Source: Octopus sinensis (lineage: Eukaryota). From it: a stretch of 64,000 bases of DNA. The notes under the pieces are model-generated. The model was not told the DNA's origin and ran no database searches. It saw only the letters and a program-made list of their open reading frames with translations. Position 1 is the stretch's first letter; each line of letters opens with the position of its first letter. Where the stretch lies: positions 116,684,001-116,748,000 of the forward strand of contig NC_043003.1 in NCBI RefSeq assembly GCF_006345805.1, written 5' to 3'. A program made the position numbers and the translations under genes. Positions 40,506-55,598 of this stretch are shown here, piece after piece.

Positions 40506-41057
40506 TTATTTTGATATTATATATATAATATATATTATATATATATATATATATACGCGAGAAAGAAAGCAACAAGAATGGATAGGTTTTTAGTACAATC
40601 GTTTCATACAAGGACAGGCTTTATTAAAGTTGCAAAAATTAACAGCAATAAACGTGTCCCGTACTCATCAGCTAAAATACATGGGCGTTCTCTAGAACAT
40701 CCTAGTGGTTGAGGCTATACTCATGAAGTAATGAAGATAATAAGTAACATAAAATAAACAGATATCCAAGTTCATTAAAGTTCTTTAAAGATGATGTACA
40801 GTCTTATCACAGAATTAAAAAAAGTTTTAATAGCAACCCAGAGAAGGTGACCTAATCCATATTGCATATGAATTTCCAGAGATATGATGAGGGATTACAT
40901 ACTCACAGAAAACAAATTTATCCATTGTTAATCACAACGAGGTGGGTCTCAATTCCTGCTTATTAGCATTACAGAGAGGGTGATTAATCCTTTGTATAGA
41001 TGCACAATTTCCAATGGTGTAGATGTAAATTCCAGATATATATATATATATACACAC

Positions 41058-41110
<53 letters not shown>

Positions 41111-41111
<1 letters not shown>

Positions 41112-41347
41112 GGAGTAAAAACACATAAATGTGAAACAAGGTGGAAAAAAGAGTACTCAAATACCAGTGGTAGAGTAATATGCTTTATTTAAAAGCAGTA
41201 GAAAATCCAAGAAAACATGTTACACTGAGTTTCACGTTCCCGTTCGTCGGATAGTTTTTTCTAGCAAAAACTGTCCGACGAACGGGAACGTGAAACTCAG
41301 AGTAACAGGTTTTGTTGAATTTTCTGCTGCTTTTAAATAAAGCATAT
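41111..41347. mobile_element. Head-to-head inverted cassette carrying two hammerheads (family 4)
   Basis: Arms 41178-41259 and 41266-41347; HHR on + at 41267-41313 and on - at 41212-41258; AATAAA downstream of each. Confidence 0.8.
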
Positions 41348-41721
41348 ATATATATTATATATATATATCAATAATATAAAGACGCATGCCTGTTTGTATG
41401 CATCTACATATAACACAAAATGACATTAATTTTGTGCCACGTGTTATTCATTATACAAATCGAAAAACCACATCATTTCATTATGGCATACACCTCTTTC
41501 TTATCAGAATTTAAATGAGAATGAGGAAAATGGGTATATATTAATATATACACGTCGATGGGTTTTGTTATTACAAAGAAGGGAGGAATGTCCATCGTAT
41601 TTCGATCATATATTGTGGGAACAGACAACTAGAACGCAGATAACGTCATTACACATGTGAATGGGGTTAATGTAGAATATTTAGATTCAGATATATACAT
41701 GTAAGGTCTTGTACATAACTT

Positions 41722-42045
41722 TGGATCCTGGAAAGACTTGTGCTTACCTTTGACATTGAAAGTTACACAAACAATAGAACGGGGCACCAGTGCCAAGTTC
41801 CCAATATTACCATCAGGATACAAGTCCAGATACTGGAATTGCTTGAGTTTTCAAGGGTCCTCAGCTTTTCAATAGTTTCCTAAGAAGCCTGGGAGACCTA
41901 CATGTGGTGGATGTAGGTGTTTTCAAAACAAAACTGTATCTCCTTCTGTTAAAAGTTCCGGATGAACCTACCACGCACCAGGAAACGCAGATGAGGACAG
42001 CAACATCACCCACTCATTCACCAAATGTCACATATTAGAGGATGT
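41722..42045 (+). pseudogene. CR1-type LINE ORF2 C-terminal fragment
   Basis: ILERLV...SYTNNRTGHQC...GPQLFNS...VDVGVFKTKL...KVPDEP with frameshifts. Confidence 0.75.
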
Positions 42046-42129
42046 TTGAAGCAGTTACATTGTAGTAAGGGTTAACGAAGTGGGTTAATACGAATTTATT
42101 TAACTGTATAGCGAGTAAATCTGATTGGG

Positions 42130-42905
42130 GATAGATTAGTCCGGTCTCGAAGCTTCTAGCCATCAGCGAAAATTCTAATACCGCTGTGTCTGATGACATC
42201 AACGATGTCGTTGATGTAAATAATGAAAAAGGCGTGGGCCTAAGACATTGCCTTGCGGAACTCCACTGATAACTCTTGCTAAGCATGATCTCACAACATC
42301 TATTGCCATATGCTGGGTTCTGTTCACCAGAAAGTATTCAACCCACCTTAATAGTTTCACTCAAACTCTGATGTTCGATAGTTTCTTTAACAGGATACAA
42401 TGCCCTCACCCTCAGCCTTTTAGATGTCATCAAAGTGATGCTGAAGCTGGTTTAGATAGTCCCTTCCACAGCGGATGCCATACTGGCTGGGAATAATTAG
42501 ACTGTTACTTTCTAGGATGTGAGTTACACGAGATATCACCACCCTTTCAAATAATTTGATGATATGAGAAGTGAAATTGGTCGGTCGATAATTCACTGTC
42601 AGCGATCTGCTGTCCATTTCGAAAACTGGCGCAATGGATTTTCAAGACTATGGCCAACATCCAGTGATTTCCACCAAAGAATAGGTAAAGGGAATGCCAA
42701 CACACATTCATTCAGGGGTCTAGCAGGGAACCTGCTGGGACCTGCAGCTGAGTTGCTTGTAATTTTGTTTTTAATTTTGCTCAAAGTAGAGCGGTATTGC
42801 TTCTGTAGAATTTCAACCATGTCTTCTGCACAACGATGCAGGGTGCCATATTCATCCTTCAGAAGTCCAATAGATTACGCAGCGACCTTATGTTTTTTGG
42901 CGAAT
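42130..42905 (-). pseudogene. CR1-type LINE reverse transcriptase core fragment
   Basis: NYRPTNFTSHIIKLFERVV...QYGIRCGR; ISGVPQGNVLGP; FIIYINDI...IRIFADG; multiple stops and frameshifts. Confidence 0.9.
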
Positions 42906-43483
42906 GCCAAGAACAATTTGGGATTGACTGTATACTTTTGTGTATGTGTGTGTGCGTGTGTGTGTGTATGTGTGTGTCTGTACATACACACAACATACGC
43001 TAATGTGAGATTACAATTTGTCTAAATCTATTGAATCATGGTAGCGACATACTAAAAACGGGAATTAATGCCTTCACAGTTACAGGCACCTTAACTTTGT
43101 TGTTTATTCGCAATGGTAATACTCGATGTTAGTTATAAATTCATTCTTTGTATATCAGAAATACGATAAAAGGCATGCTATTTCGTAGTGTATGACATAT
43201 ATTGTTAACCATGATGGTATAGTATTGCTTCAGCCACATTTAATCGATATCAGGAAGTACAATGTCAGGTAAAAGTTATACGGTATACATAGCATTTTGC
43301 TATGCAAATAAGTGGTGTTTGTATGTCGTAGTTATTTGAAGCTATGTTATCACGATTAGCATATAATGGTCTCGAGTGTTACGCTGTTAACAAACTCAAC
43401 AGTAGAACAAAATCGATAATGTAAACCAAACCTTTAACATAAAGCCACAAGCTTTTAGTTGTTTTGCGTTTAAAAATATTGGA

Positions 43484-43862
43484 TGGAAGCACTCCGTCGG
43501 TTACGACGATGAGGGTTCCGGTTGATCCGAATCAACGGAACAGCCTGCTCGTGAAATTAACGTGTAAGTGGCTGAGCACTCCACAGACACGTGCACCCTT
43601 AACGTAGTTCTCGGGCATATTCAGCGTGACACAGAGAGTGACAAGGCCGGCCCTTTGAAATACAGGTACAACAGAAACAGGAAGTAAGAGTGAGAGAAAG
43701 TTGCGGTGAAAGAGTACAGCAGGGATCACCACCATCCCCTGCCGGAGCCTCGTGGAGCTTTAGGTGTTTTCGCTCAATAAACACTCACAACGCCCGGTCT
43801 GGGAATCGAAACCGCGATCCTATGACCGCGAGTCCGCTGCCCTAACCACCGGGCCATTGCGC
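43484..43862 (-). mobile_element. SINE family C
   Basis: Reverse copy of 6340-6720. Confidence 0.9.
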
Positions 43863-43999
43863 GGAATTCTTTAATGTAAGGGAAGGAAGTTATGAATAAC
43901 CTTCAATTCAAGCAATCAAACAGGAATAAGAACGTTGTTAATTCGTGGAATTTCCTACAGAGGTCATTCTTGTGGAAAAGCTTGATTTTGGTCTCTAAT

Positions 44000-44211
44000 C
44001 GTTAGCACGCCGGTCGGAATGCCTAGCGGTATTTTGACTGCCGTTACGTTTTGAGTTCAAATTCTTCCGGGGTCGACTTTGCCTTTCATCCCTTCGGGGT
44101 CGATTAAATAAGTACCCGTTAGGCACTGGGGTCAATGTAATCGACTTAATTGTTTTGTCTGTCCTTGTTTATCCCCTCTATGTTTAGCCTCCTGTGGGCA
44201 TTAAAGAAATA
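44000..44211 (+). mobile_element. SINE family B
   Basis: Central domain and tail match. Confidence 0.8.
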
Positions 44212-45119
44212 GATTTTGGCTTCTAGAATTATGAATTATGATAGAATCATTAACAAGAAAAAGAGAGATTAATTTATTAGAATAAAATATCTCAATTCAT
44301 TGAATTTACACTTTGATCGTCGCTTCGATCAATTACAGCAGAAGAAAAACTTTGGAAGAACAGTTTGCCGTGTGAAAAGATTGCGTAATTTAACCAAGTT
44401 GTATTTTATTTCAATCTTCAAAATAAAACAATTATTTCTGACAGTAATGCCGAATGATTTTCTTCTGGAAAATTTGGAACTAGAAATCCTATTTGAATCA
44501 TTTTCATTTCCTGCTAATAAATCCATGTGTGGAAAGCTGTTTTATTCTCAATAACCACTGGGTGAGTCGAAACCTCGACATTTTCTAGTTCTGGTTTTGC
44601 ACCAATTCCTTAGAATTACATTTGCAAGACAAAAATCACAGCTTCCCCTCTTCTTTTCTCATGTTAAGGGCTTGAATGAATGTCAAACGTGAGAAATACT
44701 TGGAAATAGCGGGTTATTTTGCATAACGAGGAGAAAATAAGCGTAAAAAAACGATGAAATTAAAAAAATATCAAACGTAAATTTAAACAAATAGAACAGT
44801 ATGATCTATGAAGACATGGTTTCATATAAAACTCAACAGTTAACCCTTAACGCATATTAAACGATTACTGGGTGCGTGAACGAATGAAGTGTAATTTATA
44901 TCTGTTTGTTTTTTTTATAAATTTTTTGTTTGTGTATTCTCGTCATCAACGTAGATCACGATAACCCAAGACACTGCATAATATTTTTTTTTCCAAAGAA
45001 TCCATTAAAATATCTCAAAAAAATATAAAGACCTTCTTTCGCTGCATGATCACGTGCACTAACTTACGTACTTATATGTATTTGCATACATACATACTTA
45101 ACAACACACACACACACAC

Positions 45120-45289
<170 letters not shown>

Positions 45290-45927
45290 GACAACTTATT
45301 TACTTACGATATCATAAAAACCTGACGTTGAATATATGTTAGAATGTCCATTTAAACAAAATATACAACTGAAATCATTATTTTGAATACCCTTAAGACC
45401 TCGTTGAGTCAAGAATGGAATGGAATTTTAGATAAATGGATGTATGTATTGGTGTCATTTATTTTACTTACGTAGAGGCGAAAGGAACAAAGAAAAACGC
45501 TGGGAATTAATGTAATATAAAGTCAACGAACACATTGAAATAAAACAATGTTGAAGGCCTGAATAATTAGTATGCACCAATGTATTTTCAATCTAAATTA
45601 CAAAACATAAATATGTAAATAAGACAGCCGTAAAGAGCTTTTAAAAAAATCGTAAAATGTTTAACTATAACTGGTTGGTCGTGACATTTCGTCACACGTT
45701 TTATAATTTAAATGTAAATAATTTTTCTTTGTTCGGTTCTTGTGGCTTTGTTTAGTTTCTTACATTTAATAGTGACTTTGAAATGGTTGCACTTTCGAAA
45801 CACGATTTTGTTTTATGTGATTTCAACATCGAACAAGAAGGATTTACATATAAGAATAATGTTCTCGTAAACACACTGAAACTTGAACATACAAACACTT
45901 ATGTGTATACATACACATATACGTATG

Positions 45928-46012
<85 letters not shown>

Positions 46013-46149
46013 CTGTATACATGAACAGATAAAAGTATACACGTCTATACGTGTGTGATTGTTTATACATTCGGGAGTTATAGTCTACATTATATATCCA
46101 AAAGACAATGATTCTCTCTCTTGCTCTTTCTCTCTCTCTTTCGCTCTCT

Positions 46150-46184
<35 letters not shown>

Positions 46185-46329
46185 TTGAAACAACTCACAT
46201 CTCTCATTTCTTCAACTATGATTTTCTGTATTCACCATCACAAGATGCATTCTAATGAAACTCGAGTTACGAGAATATGAATTCAACATCCACAATTCAA
46301 CTAAAGAACTCAATACAGAGCATGGGTCA

Positions 46330-46500
46330 AGATTGAAGAATTCATACAATTTATTCTTCCGATTTGCAAAATGATTCAGCCTAAAGCCATCGTATTTGTA
46401 TTGAGAATGCTTTGCTAAAATATTCAGACCAGCCACTGCTGAAATCTAAGTTGTTGGATTTTTGTAATAGATTCAATTCATTGTTCATATCTCGGAAAAA
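46330..46500 (-). pseudogene. Possible Tigger/pogo (CENP-B-like HTH) fossil
   Basis: Frame reads DFSSGWSEYFSKAFSIQIRWL*AES, resembling F.AS.GWL..FK.R..I....L.GES. Confidence 0.3.
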
Positions 46501-46617
46501 AATTTAACTTTATTAAAATCCAAAATAGTGTTTTCACCACACTCACATATACACACATGGCCACAGGTATCAAAATGTGGCTCTTCAGTGTTGTAACTAT
46601 TTTCTACATACATATTT

Positions 46618-46830
46618 CTTTACTAGTCACAAGGAGGACAAACAAGGACAGACAAACGGATTAAGTCGATTATATCGATCCCAGTGCGTAACTGGTACTT
46701 ATTTAATCGACCCCGAAAGGATGAAAGGCAAAGTCGATCTCGGCGGAATTTGAACTCAGAACGTAAGAGCAGACGAAATGCGGCTACTCATTTCGCCCGA
46801 CGTGCTAACGTTTCTGCCAGCTCGCCGCCT
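46618..46830 (-). mobile_element. SINE family B
   Basis: Reverse near full-length copy. Confidence 0.85.
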
Positions 46831-47362
46831 TCGTCTATCTTCATACAGCTATGTAGGAATTGGTAGATCTGCGGTTCCACTGTTTGTACCTGCCCAATTA
46901 AAATATATATAGAATAAAACATTCTGTTATTCTGAAGCTGCTTCAAAACATTTCAATACAAGAGAGTCAAATTGTATATCAACTGTCATTGGTTGGGTTC
47001 TTTCTGCATGAAAAAGATAATGAAAATTATTGATACGGCGTATATTAATATAGTTGTGTGGAATGATGTTTAAACTGATTACAAACTTGTTAACTTAAAC
47101 CTCATTGTATTGTGTCTCCAGGTCATTCATACAAAAAGCGAACCATCCGAAATTTATTGTAGTCAATCACGATAATCCAAGACACTGCATAATTTTTTTT
47201 TTCCAAAGAATTCATTAAAATATCTCAAAAAATATAAAGACCATCTTTCACTGCATGAGCACGTGCACTAACTTACGTACTTATATGTATTTGCATACAT
47301 ACATACTTAAATACATACCTATACACACACACACACACGCACACATACACATATATATATAT

Positions 47363-47783
47363 TCTTTTATTCTTTTATTCTTTTACTTGTTTCAGTCATT
47401 TGACTGCGGCCATGCTGGAGCACCGCCTTATAGTCGAGCAAATCGACCCCGGGACTTATTCTTTGTAAGCCCAGTACTTATTCTATCGGTCTCTTTTGCC
47501 GAACCGCTATGTGATGGGGACATAAACACACCAGCATCGGTTGTCAAGCAATGCTAGGGGGACAAACACAGACATACACACACACACATACACACACACA
47601 CATACATATATACATATATACGACAGGCTTCTTTCAGTTTCCGTCTACCAAATCCACTCACAAGGCATTGGTCGGCCCGGGGCAATAGCAGAAGACACTT
47701 GCCCAAGATGCCACGCAGTGGGACTGAACCCGGAACTGTGTGGTTGGTTAGCAAGCTCCTTACCACACAGCCACTCCTGCGCC
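47363..47783 (-). mobile_element. SINE family A
   Basis: Full-length reverse copy. Confidence 0.9.
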
Positions 47784-48471
47784 TATACTACATTTCTCCA
47801 AGGATACCCGAGAATTTGTCAGAAAAATATTTATTTTGAAAGGGAAGACACTCAAGTCTTGGTTTGTTTCATAATTTGAACACCTTCACTTAAAATTCAA
47901 CACCTGGATTATGTTGGAAACAATATATCTCACAATTTTATCTTTTCCTCAGCTGAACCTTCTTAATTTTATGCTAAAGTGAAATTTGCCAGCAAGTTGA
48001 TGCAAATTATGTGATTCATATACACAGCGTTTGCTGCTAAATTTCCTCTTAACACCTTTGCGATTTAATAATGTTTCTTCTGCTCTTGGTGATAGCTAAG
48101 CTTTCGTAAAATGAATTGAGAGCTCAGCTGTTATAATATTTGTTGATAAATGATGACCTTAGAGGGAAATAATTTTCCATGTTTAACAAGAGCTGTGTAA
48201 AGCCATACATCATAAATCTGAAGTTTGTATTTTAGCATAATTGTTCTCCCTCTTAACATATTTTGGGTTTCAAAAATCAAATGACAACACTACAGCGTGA
48301 GGAATTCCGCCTTTGCAATTTCAGCATTCGTTAACCCTGTACATCTTTGTCACGTATTCTTTGATCTGAGTTAAATCATTCTGTTCCAATTGAAACTGAT
48401 GATATATTGATAAACATTTTAGCTTAATAATCTCTAACGAATCACGAATGGATTTCATTGCAAAATATTCT

Positions 48472-48625
48472 AGGAGTGGCTGTGTGGTAAGTAGCTTGCT
48501 TACCAACAACATGATTCCGGGTTCAGTCCCACTGCGTGGCATCTTGGGCAAGTGTCTTCTGCTATAGCCCCGGGCCGACCAATGCTTGTGAGTGGGTTTG
48601 GTAGACGGAAACTGAAAGAAGCATG

Positions 48626-48676
<51 letters not shown>

Positions 48677-48677
48677 G

Positions 48678-48710
<33 letters not shown>

Positions 48711-48918
48711 TTGTGTCTGTCTCTCTATCATTGCTTGACAACCGATGCTGGTGTCTTTACGTCCCCATAACTTAGCGGTTCGGCAAAAGAGACCGATAGA
48801 ATAAGTACTGGGCTTATAAAGAATAAGTCCTGGGGTCGATTTGCTCGACTAAAGGCGGTGCTCCAGCATGGCCGCAGTCAAATGACTGAAACAAGTAAAA
48901 GAGAAAAGAGTAAAGAGT
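48472..48918 (+). mobile_element. SINE family A
   Basis: Near full-length copy. Confidence 0.9.
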
Positions 48919-49199
48919 ATATTCAGAACTTGTTCCTCGTAAAATTGTGAAATAAGTGCCTGAGTATTCCACAAAAATATATTTGGTTAATACCGAGGCA
49001 GAATCAGCAGGATAGAGTGACACAATGTAAGACCTGTAATTTAACAACAGCGCAGACAACTGGCATTCAATCTGTGCCTATATACGCAAGTTCACTCCCA
49101 TCCTGCGTCGACTTGAAGCTTTCATACAAGATATTTGCGACAATACCAGGTTGGACACCCACTTTCGTTGTGAATGAATGCTTTTTTTAATCATGTCAT

Positions 49200-49720
49200 T
49201 GTGATTCTTGTTCTAATATTGCTGATAATTGTCCTTGTAATCATACGAGTCTATATTGCTTAACCTCAGGTAACCTCTTTGAGAAAACAATCACAAAGTA
49301 TTTCCAGGCACCTGAAAGTTTGTTAGGACCATGAAATTTTAGAGTTACATTACCAAACGTGCTTGTTCATGTGTTAAATGAGGCTTTCTTTCACTACTAT
49401 TACTAGATCTATCGACAACATGAATCTGCTTTTTATTGTTAATAACACAATTGTCAATGCTCTGCTCAATGCTCTGGTTCTGCCCTGATCAATCAGACAT
49501 ACCAAGAATATCATGCAAACAGTAGCCATTTCATCTTTTTCTTTCCCCACTTTTCAGCCAGAATGCATATCAAGTTACGATACGCAAAGTCTTTTTAGCC
49601 AGTATAATATATATTTTAGATAGAGTTTACTGCTATTTCTTGCAGACTTACGCCAAGACTCCCCTATGTGATTACGCCAAGACTCCCCTATTCTCTCCTA
49701 GACATTATTGTTATCCACAG
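49200..49720 (+). pseudogene. Possible ancient LINE RT fossil
   Basis: Ordered weak motif echoes NHTSL...LFEKTI, LLLDLST, SDIPRIS; very degenerate. Confidence 0.3.
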
Positions 49721-51213
49721 TTCTAGGGCATCAGTCATCTTCCAGAAATATCACAAAATGGTGACCATCCTATCCATCAAGTATTTGCTAAATGGTTGCA
49801 GGACCAAATTGTTTAATTTCTACATTCTTCAGGTTAATTTCGTTAATTTCGTTGGAGATGTGGTTGCTATTTCTAATTGAACAAACAAGTAAGCTCGTAG
49901 AAGCGCCACCAACGGTACATAAATGTGTTATTTTCTTAGTGTTGAACTTGCTGTAGTTTATCTCATATTCGCCCGTAACTATGTTTAATTACGAGCAAGA
50001 TTGATTAGTGAGTTATAAGTGTCGCAACATACAGTATGTGAGCAAGATTATTAGGAATATTTATTATGAATACTTATTACACAGAATGTTCAACTGAAGT
50101 AATTTTCTTCAGTTGTATTGTTGATATTGATTATCAACCGCATCTACTTCTATATATACAGATCGCATCAACATCTGGGGTACTGAGTTGAATACGATGT
50201 GCTGAGGAAATCTAAAAATACCGAAACATGCCGGTTGTTTTCAACCCTTGCCTTTAAAAACAATGTTTAATCCTTTATAATTCAGCTTTGTTTTCAAAAT
50301 ATATTGTATGGCTGATATCATTGGAGTTATTTCCCATGAATTGCACAGGTTTTTTTAAAAGTTTTTTTATACCTGTGGTGAGATTTTTGTACGTAGCGTG
50401 AATAGTTTCAGCTAATTTCTCATTATACGTGATTACACGTGATTATACGTGATTGTACGTGATTATATCATATATGTACTTAATGCATAGACGCCTCTTA
50501 CTTGGAACTTTTACTGTTTCATTGCTGTTAGCTATAATGAGGGTTGTTACTACTATTATTCTGTCCTAGGCCAGCCCTTAACGATCAAAATTATGCTCAA
50601 AGATTATTCGGGCCAGAGATATTAGGAAATTTTGTTATATACAGGTAATCTATGATCTTATTATCCAGTGTATTATTGTTTTTAAGACAGAAGGGCATGA
50701 TTTGAGAAAGATTTAGCTGCCGTTTCCAGCAGGAGAATTGACCACAAAGAGGTTGCTTTGTTGAACTGTGTGGATGAGGGGGTTACATGAGAGTAGTGGA
50801 TGGATGTTGCATATGTTACTAGCGGTGTGATGTGAAGTGATTTGGAGGGGTGACGCGATAGTTAACAAGTAGATGGTGGTGGAGGCAGTGGCGGTGGTGG
50901 TACCGATTGCAATGGTTGTAGTGGCTGTGATGGTAGAGAGAGTTATAGTGGTAGTGGTGGTTGGGTGGTGGGGTGTAACATGTTCTGTTATCGGGGATTA
51001 ATTGTGTTACTTTGCTGAAGAGGTACATGGGCCATACAAGTTGTTAATGTTCTCCGGCCGCAGCTGTCCAGTATTCCGTTACAGCAGCAGTAGTGATGGT
51101 CATTTGTGTTGGTCATTTTGCTGTTGTTTTTGCCTGTGTTTTTATATTATGTTGTCTTGTTACCGATAACATTTTTCTTTCTGCTCGACCATTCATCTCA
51201 TATATGGAGAGAT

Positions 51214-51274
<61 letters not shown>

Positions 51275-52653
51275 AGCGCTGGCCGGACTCGCAATTTCGT
51301 TTCTGTAATGTTATTACTGTTGCTGAGGTTGTTGCAATGGACTTTTGTTATTGTAATGACCGTAGCAATACTTTCGTTCTAAGTAACAAATGTTGTAATA
51401 GCGATTGATGTTGTTGTTGTTGTAACGGGTTTTTGTTGTTGTAATGACTGCTGTTAATTTACTTGTCGTAGAAATAACAATTTGCATGCAGTTGAGACTG
51501 CTGCTGTTGTTGTTGTTGTTGTTGTTGCTGCTGTTATTTAATGGATATCGTTATTACTATTCTTGTACTTATTTTTTCATTAGCTAAACTTGTTGCCATT
51601 GATTCTGGTATGGCAGCATAGATAGCTACGTGTTGCCTTTCCCGGCGAGGAACAGCCATTAAAATTCTTTCCTCCATAAACTGCGTTCGTTATCGTTGTT
51701 TTTGCATTCGGAATTGTTGTTCACGATGATGTTGATGACGACTACATGATGAAGAAACTCGATATTAGTGTTTTCTATTAAATTCTTCGCAAGGTTGATC
51801 TATTGAAATTCTATGGAACATATGAAGAAAAAAATAAGCGAGCAATCAAGCCGTTTGTGTAAATCACTGCTTACACGGTATATATACACATATATACACA
51901 CAGAGTAAACACAGTGAAATAAATTACAAACCAGAAATCTATATCAAGCGTTCACAGAGCTCCCTCGTTATCTATTACCCACGTTGTCTATACCTACATA
52001 GATACATAACTTCATACGTACATATGCATAGGATGTGTGTGTATGTGCATCTATAAGTATATGTGTGAATGTATATATATATATGCATATATATATATAT
52101 ATATACATGTACACATGCAATATGCATGCATATACATGCGCATATATATATGTATACATGCGTTTATATATAGATGCATTCAGATATACATAAACTTATA
52201 TCTACATATATACTTGGAGATTTATGCAAATATATGTATACACTACCATGCGCATTCATAAAGTAATGTATGTATGCATGTATAGTGTATATATGCATGT
52301 ATGTGTGTTAGCAAGAGCGTATATATATATATATATATTATATATATATATATATTATATATATAATCTATATCTATTAATGCATACACGCATATATTTT
52401 TGTAGTATATATATATATATATAATATATATATTTGCAAACTTTCTAGCTGTATGTATGTATTTAAAAAAATGTTAAACAGATAAATGAACGTAAATACT
52501 CATATACATTACGTATATCTATAAACACAGAAACCGACACAAATATATACGCAGATACACGCACACAAGTCCCTGAAATTTACAGTATACGCATTTACGT
52601 AATTTGTGTCTGAATAGAAGCAAATGCAGTGTATATGTAGGTAAATGTGTCTG

Positions 52654-52698
<45 letters not shown>

Positions 52699-53629
52699 TA
52701 TATATATAATATATATAATATATATATATGTGTGTATGTATGTATGTATGTATGTATGTATGTATGTATGTATATATTTATGTATGTATGTATGTATGTA
52801 TGTATATACGGACATGCTTACATATCAAAAAGTGGTTCGAACGCTACGCATTTACTTTCAATTAATCGTTAAAACCGCGTATCCTTTCCTTTCAACAATA
52901 ACATTTGTATGCGCCATTTGCTCAACCTTGTTGATAATTAGTGACATCTGCTGGCATAATGATGTTGTTAACATCAACTGAACTGTACAATAAGTCATGC
53001 GATATTGGGTTCCGCATAGTTCTCGCTCTTAAAACTACCGCCTGTGCCCTACACTAAATGGTTTGTGAAAGAAAAGCGTCTAATTCTCATTCCGCATTTA
53101 AAACTAACCGTAGGAAAATATATGACCCGATGCTGGACATTATAGCAAAGCAAACGGAGATTTAATGTTGGTATAGATGATAAAGTATGCGTGCGTTGGA
53201 GGTAGTTGTTGTTGTTGCTGTTGTTGTTATTCTTCATTTCTTTTCAGACATCTTGGTTCTTCGTTGGCTTTTCTTTTTCCTTCTTGTGTTCATTCTGACG
53301 CTCTATCGATCTTGTTTTAATGTATCGATCTTCTTTTTTCATCATCGTCATTACCACCACCACCGCCACCACTAATAACTACATCATCGTCATCATCATT
53401 ATCATAATCTTCTGTAGTATTAGTAGTAATTCTAGTAGTAAGGCGGAGTTCTGACGGAATGGTTGGCACATCGGAATTGTTTGCAGCATTTCTTCCGTCT
53501 GTTTACGTTCTGGGTTCTAATAAGGCCTCAGCCAGCTTCGTTCCTTTCAGCATATTGCAGTCGATAAAAAACAGTACATCTCAAGGAATATAGTCCAGGT
53601 AATCTTTCTCACCACTTCTCTCTCTCTTC

Positions 53630-53927
<298 letters not shown>

Positions 53928-53977
53928 AAATTTACATTCTTGTGTCATAATTTGAAATAATTATTATTCTTTTCTAT

Positions 53978-54242
53978 TCTAGGCACAAGGCCCGAAATTT
54001 TCGGGGAGGGGACCAGTCGATTAGACCACCTCAGTACACAACTGGTATGGTACTTAATTTATCGACCCCGAAATAATGAAAAGCAAAGTCTACCTCGGCG
54101 GAATTTGAACTCAGAACGTCAAGACAGACAAAATATCGCTAAGCATTTCGCCGTATTTCGTCTGTTTTTATGTCTGGTTTAAAATTCTACCGAGGTCGAT
54201 TTGCATTTCATCATTTCAAGGTCGATAAGTTAAGTACCAGTT
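53978..54242. mobile_element. Head-to-head pair of family-B SINE fragments
   Basis: Minus copy to ~54150; plus copy starts at GTATTTCGTC (54153). Confidence 0.7.
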
Positions 54243-55200
54243 CACATGGTGTGAAATTAACGAAACTGGACTAGATCTATACACTCATAATAAAATCTTC
54301 TCTGTTGCTTTTTCGCAGTTTGCCGGTGGAGTTCAATTCCTGCTATATTTACGCACCATGCAATTAAAGAAAAGGAAATTATTAAAATTAGTCATTACGC
54401 TTTTTGCCACACTATTAGGCACCATTTTGGTGGGGGAAATAGAAAATTATCAAAGAGGACATTAATGCGGGAAAATTGACCTGCAATCCAACGAAGAAAA
54501 GAATTTTGATTGTGAAACACCAAATGTTATCCAGATATTTTATTTTCAATTACGATCGGGTCAAATTTGAGGGAAATGTGTCTGTAAAAAGAAGCACGTC
54601 CCCGAGGTTTCAAACTCTCTCAACTTGAACTATAGAAACTATACTTCCCAATTGTAACTCAACAGTATAAATGATGATGCAATACTTGCAATGTAAATGT
54701 CTCAAACAGTCAGAAGGAAAATAACGAAGAATCAGAAATTACTTAACTTGCCCCACCCTTAATAATTTTCTTGGTTTAGTTTCCGTAGTCCTCCTTTTGT
54801 GTCCAATGATCCAGGTATTATTCAGCTTTTGGAGCAGGTACTTCTGTCGCTTTCTGAGGCATATAGTGAATAATACTTTTGTTTTTACAGAAAGTTAACG
54901 TTTACATAAATCTTAGGTTTGTATCGATCAGTAAGAAAAATTTCTTTTACTTAGAAGAAAAGTGCACCCACTGAATGCACCAGAAACGTCACACTTTGAA
55001 AGAGCTAATGACGAGAACATTATTTATCGTGAAATCTGGGTAAATTATATCAAAAAGTATTTGAAAGAAAAGTGATATAAGTCTAAAAAGTGTGAAGCAA
55101 TGATTGTAAAAGTGTAGAAAAGCTACACGACATCACTTTATAAATTTCAACACATTTGATTTGGAAGGAAAAAGAAAAACGTGGAAGATAAATCTGATAC

Positions 55201-55291
55201 GAAATAAATGTAATGCACGAAATAAATGTAATGAACGGAATAAATGTAATGAAGGGAATAAATGTAATGAACGGAATAAATGTAATGAACG
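55201..55291. repeat. 18-bp minisatellite, 5 copies
   Basis: (GGAATAAATGTAATGAAC)n with variants, no spacers. Confidence 0.9.
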
Positions 55292-55598
55292 TGCCGTACA
55301 AAGTTCAGTATGAGTGATAGGGTGGCAGACTAAAACTACGTTGATATCAGTAAGAATGTAGTAAGATTATTTTGTACTTTTAAATCAATATCTATAAATC
55401 TGAAATGCGAAGAGTTTGTTTGTTTGTCTGGTTTTGGCATTGGAACGGGTTAAAGAGCACTAGATCCCGTCGGATTCGCTCCAATATTTACAGGGGCACG
55501 TAAAAAGAGGTGAGGATGTGAGTGGGCGAGGTTAGAAATCCATATCTCAAAAGCTGTGGTTACTAGGTAAAAAAAACCCCACGCTTTAACAAGTGTTT

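Noticed and set aside
40560-40680. Cassette shared with 63315-63435, with minus-strand CTGATGA or CTGAAGA
   Set aside because: The stem II and GAAA region is deleted or degenerate in both copies, so it is not counted as a ribozyme.
50195-50240. CTGAGGA...CCGAAACATG
   Set aside because: Stems I and II do not pair.
55201-55291. CRISPR-like array
   Set aside because: Contiguous 18-bp units with no spacers, in eukaryotic context.
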